Below are positions 47,872-55,563 of a DNA stretch of 64,000 bases, piece after piece. Each line of letters begins with the position of its first letter. Within the stretch, counting starts at the first letter, position 1. The position numbers were made by a program, and so were the translations under genes. Under the pieces are notes generated by a model. The model did not search any database, was not told the DNA's origin, and was given only the letters and a program-made list of their open reading frames with translations. Source of the DNA: an uncultured Flavobacteriales bacterium (GTDB lineage Bacteria; Bacteroidota; Bacteroidia; Flavobacteriales_D; Parvicellaceae); assembly GCA_964387945.1 (NCBI GenBank), contig CAYLYX010000003.1, forward strand, positions 52,344 to 116,343, read 5' to 3'.

Positions 47872-48813
47872 CTAGTTATCTTCCTGAGGAGGAGACATTC
47901 CGCCACCTTCTTTTTCCTTCGTTAACTCGTCATATAATTTTTGATAGAAGTCACTTTTCTCTTTTTCTTGTAGCATGAAATAAATTCCAGCTAGACCATA
48001 CAAAACATCTCTGTTCTTAGGTTGTTGCTCGTGCGCTCGTTTTAAGTAGGGTAGCGATTTCATACCAAGCGCGCTTGATTTTTCCTGATTTTCATACATT
48101 GTCAAAATGTCGTCTTCAGGATCCATGTTCAAAATAATGTCGATCGACAGGTTGTGATAAAGATATCCTAAGTTCTTATTGGCATCAAATCCTAACGTGT
48201 CTATTGCTAACGCTTTTTCGTAGTATACAATGGCCGAGTCGATGTAGTTCGCTCGTGTAGATTTGGCGTTTTCAAATAACTCTACGTAGATGCTTCCGAT
48301 CATATTATTAAACGTCATGTCATGCTCTTTCAGGTCAAGCTTAACGCCAGATCGTTTCACAGCATCGTGATAAATGTCATTCAACTTCAACGCTTCTTCG
48401 TAGTGAATGGTATCCAAACGCTGCGCAATGTTCTTTTGAATTCGGATACAGATATTTCTAAGACTCTTCTTGTTCTTATCTGTGAATTCATTGTTCGCAT
48501 CTAATTCGTTCGACTTCAAGAAGGCTTCAAATGCTTCCGTTCTCATTGCCGAGTAGGGATCATCAATTTCTTCTGCTTTGTAAAGTTCATAGCAAATAAA
48601 ACCTTTGATGTGATAAGCATAGGCATCTTTGCTGAGCTCATCGCACATGGTAATTGCGGTATCGATGAACGCAAGTGCCTCTTTGAACTCTTCGTTTCCG
48701 TACTTTTCAATGGCCACCTGATCGTAGATGCAATATTTATTCTTCTCCTGAGCAAACGAAGTGCACGCTGCCAGCATCAAAATAAATGTCGATATGTATC
48801 TCAAGCGCATCAT
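47872..48813 (-). CDS. TPR-repeat lipoprotein.
   Basis: Lipoprotein signal (LMLAACTSF). Several TPR-like 34-aa units (AYAYHIKGFICYELYKAEE...; ALKLNDIYHDAVKR...; VLYGLAGIYFMLQEKEKS). Confidence 0.6.
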   Translation of the reverse strand: MMRLRYISTFILMLAACTSFAQEKNKYCIYDQVAIEKYGNEEFKEALAFIDTAITMCDELSKDAYAYHIKGFICYELYKAEEIDDPYSAMRTEAFEAFLKSNELDANNEFTDKNKKSLRNICIRIQKNIAQRLDTIHYEEALKLNDIYHDAVKRSGVKLDLKEHDMTFNNMIGSIYVELFENAKSTRANYIDSAIVYYEKALAIDTLGFDANKNLGYLYHNLSIDIILNMDPEDDILTMYENQEKSSALGMKSLPYLKRAHEQQPKNRDVLYGLAGIYFMLQEKEKSDFYQKLYDELTKEKEGGGMSPPQEDN

Positions 48814-49337
48814 CAGATAACGGTTGTAGCCATTTTAAGCAAAGAAGGTCCTATGGTTAAGGGAACCAACTCAGCGTTCGATTTACTAATTTCAAATAAC
48901 AACTTATTGTTGCTCACCACAAAATTGATAACGGAGCCGTCATAGAGCAGTCCGCCTTTATCGGAAACAACAAGTGTCTTGTTTTTACGCAGTTGTGAAG
49001 TGTGTTTGGCCAAGTCAGAACTATGTTCTGGAGCAACGTAAAGAATGTGTGCAGCGCCTACTTGGTTATAAGAGTCTGCGAAAGAAAAAACAATTTTTTG
49101 TCCGTTGATTTCTTTACCTGCATACGTGCTATTCATCATTTGATAAAGATCCTTGTCACCCAGTACAGTGACTTTAAAGTCTCCTGATTTTAAGGACGTA
49201 GGCCATTCTACATTTTTGATGAAGTTGTACACAAACATGCTCTTTAGCTTAAGGTTGGCACCACCAGCAGCACCTTGCCCCCAAGCAATCCCGCTTGAGA
49301 ATAAGATAAAAATAGCTATTTGAATGATGCGTCTCAC
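48813..49337 (-). CDS. YfiR-like (DUF4154) periplasmic protein.
   Basis: Signal peptide. The KSMFVYNFIKNVEWP motif matches the DUF4154/YfiR signature (LKAAFLYNFAKFVEWP). 174 aa. Its stop overlaps the TPR gene start by 1 nt. Confidence 0.55.
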   Translation of the reverse strand: MRRIIQIAIFILFSSGIAWGQGAAGGANLKLKSMFVYNFIKNVEWPTSLKSGDFKVTVLGDKDLYQMMNSTYAGKEINGQKIVFSFADSYNQVGAAHILYVAPEHSSDLAKHTSQLRKNKTLVVSDKGGLLYDGSVINFVVSNNKLLFEISKSNAELVPLTIGPSLLKMATTVI

Positions 49338-49443
49338 TTTTACTTGAATTGAGCCAATTGGTTACAAATTTAATAAATTATCTCATTTTTAATAGTCATA
49401 TATGGATTAACTAAAACTGTGCCAAAAACGTTAATGATCAAAG

Positions 49444-49863
49444 CTATTTTTTTTGAAATAGTTTCTTCTTTTTCTTTTTACCGGGTCCTTTCTGCTTTTT
49501 CTTCTTCTTTTTCTTTTTGTATTTCTTATTGAAGTAAGAAGGGTTTTTCTTTTGCTTGAAGGAGTCTTTTTCCTTCAGCTTAGGCTGTTTTTTTTGTTTC
49601 TTTTTCTTCGGCTTTTTGTATTTGTGAGGATTCTTCCCTGCGTAAGGATTCTTTTTTAACTTTTTTTTCTTTTTCTTCTCCTTAAAGGCGTCCTCGTCCT
49701 CAGAGAGCATTTTCACCTTCTTCTTTTTTTTCGCCTTTTTGTTTTTTTTCTTTGATTTATTTTTTCCAGCAGAAGGGTCTTTATACTGTCCGTATGAGAC
49801 ATGCGTCATGTTGCCAATTGCAAAAAAGGCTATGATACTAAATATTACAACGCTTATCCTCAA
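49444..49863 (-). CDS. Secreted, extremely Lys-rich low-complexity protein; about half of the mature protein is lysine.
   Basis: Signal peptide MRISVVIFSIIAFFAIGNMTHVSYGQ, then K-runs of up to 10 interrupted by P/Y/E/D. Lies 11 nt downstream of the ferritin gene on the same strand. The coding DNA has many A-runs of 8-10 (seen as T-runs on the plus strand). Confidence 0.5.
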   Translation of the reverse strand: MRISVVIFSIIAFFAIGNMTHVSYGQYKDPSAGKNKSKKKNKKAKKKKKVKMLSEDEDAFKEKKKKKKLKKNPYAGKNPHKYKKPKKKKQKKQPKLKEKDSFKQKKNPSYFNKKYKKKKKKKKQKGPGKKKKKKLFQKK

Positions 49864-49874
49864 ACAGTGTATTC

Positions 49875-50384
49875 TTAAGCCATGTCAATCGGTTGTGCCG
49901 CAAGTGTTTGAAGGTCTCTATCAAACAAATATAAACCTCCTTTGTCATTACCAATCATGTTCAATTTATCGATAATGTTTCTTGCTAGTGCTTCTTCTTC
50001 AAGTTGCTCAGATACATACCATTGCATAAAATTATGCGTTGTGTAATCCTTTTCACTAAGACAAACATCTACCACGTTATTAATACTATCAGTAACGTTC
50101 ATTTCGTGCTCAAGCAGCGATTCAAAAATTTCTTTGATTGAATCGTACTCAGAAGGTGGCTTTGTCAATGGTGGGATTACAGCAGTACCTCCTCGCTCAT
50201 TGATAAATTTGACCAATTTCAACATGTGCATTCTTTCTTCATCACTATGCTTATACAAAAATGCTGCCGTTCCGTTCATTCCTTGAGTTTCTGCCCAAGA
50301 AGCCATGGCCAGGTAGAATTGCGATGACGATGCTTCAAGTTCAATTTGTTTATTGAGTGCTTTTTCAATTTTCGGTTTTAGCAT
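49875..50384 (-). CDS. Non-haem ferritin (FtnA-like).
   Basis: KALNKQIELEASSSQFYLAMASWAETQGMNGTAAFLYKHSDEERMHMLKL carries the ferroxidase diiron ligands. 169 aa. Confidence 0.8.
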   Translation of the reverse strand: MLKPKIEKALNKQIELEASSSQFYLAMASWAETQGMNGTAAFLYKHSDEERMHMLKLVKFINERGGTAVIPPLTKPPSEYDSIKEIFESLLEHEMNVTDSINNVVDVCLSEKDYTTHNFMQWYVSEQLEEEALARNIIDKLNMIGNDKGGLYLFDRDLQTLAAQPIDMA

Positions 50385-50559
50385 AATTTTTTGATTTATT
50401 ACGATTTCTAAAATTGTAGTTAAACTAATTGCTCACAAAAATAAGTGTATAATAGGACTTTTATCTATTAATTCCTTAAATAAATCTAAATGTTTTTCTA
50501 ATATTTGGGAGTTCAAACCAATTAGGCTACTTTCACGCTGCGTTGGAAACATTGTATAG

Positions 50560-52542
50560 TTGTCAGATTTGTTGTTGCATATTGAGAATCTTACTACCAC
50601 CTTTTCAAATGAAAACGGTACCGTTAAGGCTGTTGACAATGTAAGCCTTAAGTTAAATAAAGGAAAGATTTTGGGTGTTGTGGGAGAGTCGGGTTCTGGT
50701 AAGTCGGTCACTTCACTCTCTGCTATGGGATTAATTCCAAGCCCCCCCGGGAAAATTGAATCTGGTAATATTTGGCTGCGGGTGAAAGGTGAAATGAGGA
50801 ATGTTGTCAATTTCTCTCAACGACAATTTCAGGCGATACGTGGTAATGAGATTGCTATGATCTTTCAGGAGCCGATGACGTCTCTTAATCCGGTTTTTAC
50901 CTGTGGTGAGCAAGTGGTAGAGGCAATTCTTCGACACGATAAACAACTGGCTGCTCAATCGCTGGTGGTGTATTGGTCTGAAAAGGTGATGAAGACAATT
51001 ATTAACCTCACGATTAAACCGGCACTAAATATTTTGATTGTCTTAACGAATGTGCTGTTGTACATTCTTAAAGTATTGTTCGTTTACCCTATTTTTTTTC
51101 GAAAAAGAGGTGAGAAATTCTCTGAAGTTTCCAAAAGGTTGACCATTCCGCCTTTTAGAGGTTACCGAACAAAGGCTGAGAAAAGTGCCGAAGAAAAAAC
51201 GATTGAATTGTTCAAGAAGGTCATGCTCCCCAGGCCGTCAAAAATATTTTCTAGTTACCCGCATCAAATCTCTGGTGGGCAAAAGCAGCGCGTGATGATT
51301 GCTATGGCATTATCCTGTAACCCGAAGGTGCTCATTGCAGATGAACCGACTACCGCTCTTGATGTTACTGTTCAGAAGACAATTTTGGACATTATTAAAG
51401 ACCTGCAGTCGGAGTTTGAAATGGGGGTGATCTTCATTACACATGATTTGGCTGTTATCGCGGAGTTGGCAGATGATATTGCGGTAATGTATAAGGGGAA
51501 GATTGTGGAGCAAGGATCGGTTCAGGAAGTTTTCTTGAAGCCGAAACATCCGTATACAAAAGGTTTATTAGCCTGTAGGCCTCAGTTAGATATTAGATTA
51601 AGCGAATTACCTACGCGAAAGTATTTTGTAGAGGAAAATGAACAGGGAGTTTTGGTTCAAACGTCTCGAAACATTGATGATTTGCTTCAAGAACTCAAGG
51701 TGGATGATGCTGAAATACGCATGAAGCATGAAATCTTGTACGCTGCTGACCCCTTGATTAAAGTAGAAAAGTTGAAGACTCATTTTCCGCTTGAAAAGAA
51801 CGTGTTTGGAAAAGCAATTGACTTTGTTAAGGCCGTGGATGACGTTAGTTTTAATGTTTATCCAGGAGAGACGCTAGGGCTTGTAGGAGAATCGGGGTGT
51901 GGAAAAACGACATTGGGTCGGACGTTGCTAAGACTGGTGGAAGCAACCGGTGGCAAGGTCACCTTTGGCGGGAAGGATGTGCTCGGGATGAAGAAAGAAG
52001 ATCTTCGAAAGTTGCGAAAGGATGTTCAGATCATTTTTCAGGATCCGTACTCTTCTTTGAACCCCAGAATGCGAATAGGGGAGGCCATTATGGAACCGAT
52101 GCGCGTTCATGGAATTTGTGAGAATGATTTTCAACGAAAACAGGAGGTGTTGGAGCTACTGGTGCGCGTTGGACTGAAAGAAGAACATTTTAACCGATAT
52201 CCTCACGAATTTTCAGGAGGGCAACGTCAGCGAATTTGTATTGCAAGAAGCATAGCGCTAAAACCTAAGTTTGTCATTTGTGATGAGTCCGTTTCGGCTC
52301 TAGACGTTTCGGTTCAGGCAGATGTGCTGAATTTGCTCAATGAACTGAGAAATGAGTTTGGTTTGACCTATCTCTTTATCTCTCACGATCTTTCAGTTGT
52401 GAAGTTCATGAGTGATCGAATCATCGTAATGAACAAGGGAAAAATTGAAGAAATAGGAACTTCTGATGAAATCTATTCCAATCCTAAATCCCTGTATACG
52501 CAGTCTTTGATTGATGCTATTCCTAAAGGAATTGTAGCCTAG
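50560..52542 (+). CDS. Tandem-NBD ABC transporter ATP-binding protein (YejF/DppDF-fusion type). The first NBD carries an unusual ~75-aa hydrophobic insertion.
   Basis: Two Walker A motifs (GESGSGKS, GESGCGKT), two signature motifs (ISGGQKQRV, FSGGQRQRI), and two oligopeptide-type C-terminal motifs. The insertion ...VVYWSEKVMKTIINLTIKPALNILIVLTNVLLYILKVLFVYPIFFRKRGEKF... lies between the Q-loop and the signature of NBD1. Confidence 0.75.
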   Translation: MSDLLLHIENLTTTFSNENGTVKAVDNVSLKLNKGKILGVVGESGSGKSVTSLSAMGLIPSPPGKIESGNIWLRVKGEMRNVVNFSQRQFQAIRGNEIAMIFQEPMTSLNPVFTCGEQVVEAILRHDKQLAAQSLVVYWSEKVMKTIINLTIKPALNILIVLTNVLLYILKVLFVYPIFFRKRGEKFSEVSKRLTIPPFRGYRTKAEKSAEEKTIELFKKVMLPRPSKIFSSYPHQISGGQKQRVMIAMALSCNPKVLIADEPTTALDVTVQKTILDIIKDLQSEFEMGVIFITHDLAVIAELADDIAVMYKGKIVEQGSVQEVFLKPKHPYTKGLLACRPQLDIRLSELPTRKYFVEENEQGVLVQTSRNIDDLLQELKVDDAEIRMKHEILYAADPLIKVEKLKTHFPLEKNVFGKAIDFVKAVDDVSFNVYPGETLGLVGESGCGKTTLGRTLLRLVEATGGKVTFGGKDVLGMKKEDLRKLRKDVQIIFQDPYSSLNPRMRIGEAIMEPMRVHGICENDFQRKQEVLELLVRVGLKEEHFNRYPHEFSGGQRQRICIARSIALKPKFVICDESVSALDVSVQADVLNLLNELRNEFGLTYLFISHDLSVVKFMSDRIIVMNKGKIEEIGTSDEIYSNPKSLYTQSLIDAIPKGIVA

Positions 52543-54878
52543 AGAACTTCTAACTTCGCAAACTGCAGCAGCAATTGCTTCTGTCCGTGTGAAGGGAAGA
52601 AAACAGTAGCTTTTCCATCTTCAACCGTCAATACTTTTCCTTTTCCAAAACGATCGTGCACCACTTCAGCTCCGGGAATTACTTTGCTAATATCTACCTT
52701 TGGAGCTTTCGTGGTTCCACTTACTTTTTTTAGGTTTTTGGGAACGCCAAAGCTAGGTTGTGTGGTACTCGCAGAAGAAGGTGCACTCTTCTTGGTATAC
52801 TTCTGCGACTGATTCTTATACTTTTCGAGGTAAGCAGGTTGTTTTTTCTGCTTACCTCCAAAGCGATCAAACCCAAGATCATCTGCTCCGAGATGCATCG
52901 GTGACTGTTCTTGACTTGCCAAACTGGTGTCCAAAAACTTCGAGTCAATTTCTTCAATAAATCTGCTCGGTTCACATTGCGTAAGCTGTCCCCATCGATA
53001 TCGGCTGGTTGCATAACTCAAGGTGCATTTTTTTTCTGCACGCGTCACGGCTACATAAAAAAGTCTCCTTTCCTCTTCTAGTTCACTTCTCGTGCTAATC
53101 GACATTTGTGAAGGAAATAAGTTTTCTTCCAACCCAACGATATAGACGTACGGAAACTCAAGTCCTTTAGCACTGTGAATAGTCATTAGGGTAACTTTCT
53201 CTTTGTCTTCATCGCTCTCATTATCGGCATCCGTAAGCAGTGCCACATCAATCAAAAAGTCGGACAATGTGATCATCTTCTCTTCGGTTGATTCATTGTC
53301 CGTGAACTCTTGGATACCGTTGAGCAGTTCTTGAATGTTCTCATACCTCGAAACACCTTCGGGAGTTTTGTCCGAATAAAGTTCTTTGTAAATGCCAGAT
53401 ACTTTAGCGATTTCATCGGCTAGTTCAAATGCTTTGGTGTTGTCTAGCTTCGAACCAAAACTTTTCATCATTAGTGTGAACTGCTGCAATTTATTGAACA
53501 CACCAGAACTTAACTGAACACCATACTCGGCAGGGTTGCAAGCAGCATCCCATAATGAAGCCCCAGCATTATTTGCTCCAATCGTCAGTTTGTCAATCGT
53601 TGTATTCCCAATTCCTCTTTTGGGGTAATTAACGATTCGTTTGAAAGCTTCTTCATCTTTGGGATTGGCGGCTAGTCTGAAATAGGCCAGTAAATCCTTG
53701 ATTTCTTTTCGTTGATAAAACGAAAGTCCACCATAAATCTTATAGGGAATATTTAATTTGCGAAGTGCTTCCTCCATTGATCTGGATTGCGCATTGGTTC
53801 GGTATAAGATCGCAAAGTCATTGTCTTTTGCCTGAAGGTTGTTCTTGGATTCAAAAATGTCATTGGCTACGTACTTCCCTTCTTCGTTATCCGAATAAGT
53901 TCTTACCACTTTGATTTTATCGCCCTCAGCATTTGAAGTCCAGACATCTTTTTTAATCTGATCACGATTGTTTTCGATGATGCTATTAGCAGCATCTACA
54001 ATGGTTTGCGTACTACGATAATTCTGTTCTAACTTATACAGGTTGTAATCAGGATAATCTCGCTTGAAGTTGAGGATGTTTTGAATGTTTGCTCCCCTAA
54101 AGGCGTAAATACTCTGAGCGTCATCACCTACTACACACAAGTTTTCGAAACGAGCAGCCAATCGTTTTACAATGAGGTACTGGGAGTAATTCGTATCCTG
54201 GTACTCATCCACGAGGATGTACTTGAATTTTTCCTGATACTTGAGCAAAACATCTGGATGCTTTTTCAATAAAACGTTGGTAATGAAAAGCAAGTCGTCA
54301 AAGTCCATGGCGCCAGCACGGTAACAACGCTTGGCGTATTCCAAGTAAATGTCACCCATCTTAGGCCGTGCATTGGATTGATCCTCAGAAACAATTTCTA
54401 CATTCTTGAGATAAGCTTGCGGAGAAATTAGATTGTTTTTTGCGGAAGAAATTCTTCCATACACAATATTGGTTTTGTACAACTTATCATCCAGTCCCAT
54501 CTCTTTGATGATGGTTTTGAGTAGGCTTTTCGAATCTTGTGTGTCGTAAATCGTAAAGTTACTTGGGTAACCTATTTTGTCATATTCAGAACGGAGTATT
54601 CGAGCAAAGATGCTGTGAAAAGTTCCCATCCAAATGTTTCGAGCTTCATGACCTCCAATCATTTTGGCAATCCGCTCTTTCATTTCTTTGGCAGCTTTGT
54701 TGGTAAACGTAAGAGCTAGAATATTGAAAGGGTCAACACCATTATCAATTAAGTGAGCAATGCGATAGGTTAATACCCGGGTTTTACCAGAACCCGCTCC
54801 CGCAATCACCATCATTGGTCCTTCCAAATGCATAGCTGCCGCTCGCTGGGGTTCGTTCAGTTCTTTTAAATACTCCAT
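52539..54878 (-). CDS. UvrD/PcrA/Rep-family ATP-dependent DNA helicase.
   Basis: LNEPQRAAAMHLEGPMMVIAGAGSGKTRVLTYRIAHL (motifs Q and I), DEYQDTN (motif II), and a C-terminal Tudor-like GxxVxHxxFGxGxV segment (GAEVVHDRFGKGKVL). Confidence 0.85.
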   Translation of the reverse strand: MEYLKELNEPQRAAAMHLEGPMMVIAGAGSGKTRVLTYRIAHLIDNGVDPFNILALTFTNKAAKEMKERIAKMIGGHEARNIWMGTFHSIFARILRSEYDKIGYPSNFTIYDTQDSKSLLKTIIKEMGLDDKLYKTNIVYGRISSAKNNLISPQAYLKNVEIVSEDQSNARPKMGDIYLEYAKRCYRAGAMDFDDLLFITNVLLKKHPDVLLKYQEKFKYILVDEYQDTNYSQYLIVKRLAARFENLCVVGDDAQSIYAFRGANIQNILNFKRDYPDYNLYKLEQNYRSTQTIVDAANSIIENNRDQIKKDVWTSNAEGDKIKVVRTYSDNEEGKYVANDIFESKNNLQAKDNDFAILYRTNAQSRSMEEALRKLNIPYKIYGGLSFYQRKEIKDLLAYFRLAANPKDEEAFKRIVNYPKRGIGNTTIDKLTIGANNAGASLWDAACNPAEYGVQLSSGVFNKLQQFTLMMKSFGSKLDNTKAFELADEIAKVSGIYKELYSDKTPEGVSRYENIQELLNGIQEFTDNESTEEKMITLSDFLIDVALLTDADNESDEDKEKVTLMTIHSAKGLEFPYVYIVGLEENLFPSQMSISTRSELEEERRLFYVAVTRAEKKCTLSYATSRYRWGQLTQCEPSRFIEEIDSKFLDTSLASQEQSPMHLGADDLGFDRFGGKQKKQPAYLEKYKNQSQKYTKKSAPSSASTTQPSFGVPKNLKKVSGTTKAPKVDISKVIPGAEVVHDRFGKGKVLTVEDGKATVFFPSHGQKQLLLQFAKLEVL

Positions 54879-54953
54879 AAGAGTCCAAAGTTACTGAAGA
54901 TAGGTTTACGTTTTCAGGAAGTAAGGAAAAGTTATTTACAACAAGATCAGATC

Positions 54954-55472
54954 CTATTCAAAGTTCACCAAAACGCGATTTTTCTCAACGGTTTCGCCTT
55001 TTTCAACTTCAATGCTTTTAATGACACCATCTATTGGAGACTTTAGGAGATTCTCCATTTTCATGGCTTCCAAAATAACGATGGGTTCATCTTTAGCAAC
55101 TTCTTGTCCAGAAGAAACTTTAATGTCCAAAACAACACCAGGCATGGGTGCTTTCATGTCATTTATTTTCTTAACGGCTCCAGCTCCCATTCCCATTGAC
55201 TTTAGCAACAAGTCATACTCATCAGCGATTTTAACAGAAAGTGGATTGCCATTGACCTTTAGAAGAAGTTCTTTTTTGATAGGATCAAGCTTTAACACAC
55301 GGGCAGTATACTTCTTTCCATCTTTTGTGAGTACAAATGATCTTTGGTCGGCAGACTCTTCTACAATGTTCAACGAACTCTCCTTTTCACCGTGGGAGAA
55401 GGTGAGGGTGTTCTTGTTTGTAAGGTTAAACGTAATTTCTCTGTTACCGTCAATCGTGCTTTTAATCTCCAT
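54954..55472 (-). CDS. Biotin-carrier (biotinyl/lipoyl attachment) domain protein.
   Basis: C-terminal ...PMPGVVLDIKVSSGQEVAKDEPIVILEAMKMEN... carries the biotinylation motif EAMKM. The N-terminal ~95 aa are of unknown function. Confidence 0.7.
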   Translation of the reverse strand: MEIKSTIDGNREITFNLTNKNTLTFSHGEKESSLNIVEESADQRSFVLTKDGKKYTARVLKLDPIKKELLLKVNGNPLSVKIADEYDLLLKSMGMGAGAVKKINDMKAPMPGVVLDIKVSSGQEVAKDEPIVILEAMKMENLLKSPIDGVIKSIEVEKGETVEKNRVLVNFE

Positions 55473-55526
55473 TATTTTAGAATTTTACCATCGATCAAAA
55501 ATAAAAACCAGATGCTTTCTAGAATG

Positions 55527-55534
55527 CTATCTTT
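55527..55534 (+). promoter_or_regulatory. Candidate -7 box (TATCTTTG) for the M1 aminopeptidase gene.
   Basis: TAnnTTTG match about 30 nt upstream of the ATG at 55564. Confidence 0.25.
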
Positions 55535-55563
55535 GCGATCGTGAACAAAAATAGTATAAAATC

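Noticed and set aside
50385-50559. Possible Fur box in the divergent ferritin/ABC intergenic region
   Set aside because: The region is AT-rich, but I could not find a convincing match to GATAATGATAATCATTATC or its 6-mer repeats, so I am not calling it.
50433-50810. 125-aa minus-strand ORF overlapping the ABC ATPase start
   Set aside because: It overlaps the Walker-A-encoding region of a bona fide gene and has no signal or motif, so it is spurious.
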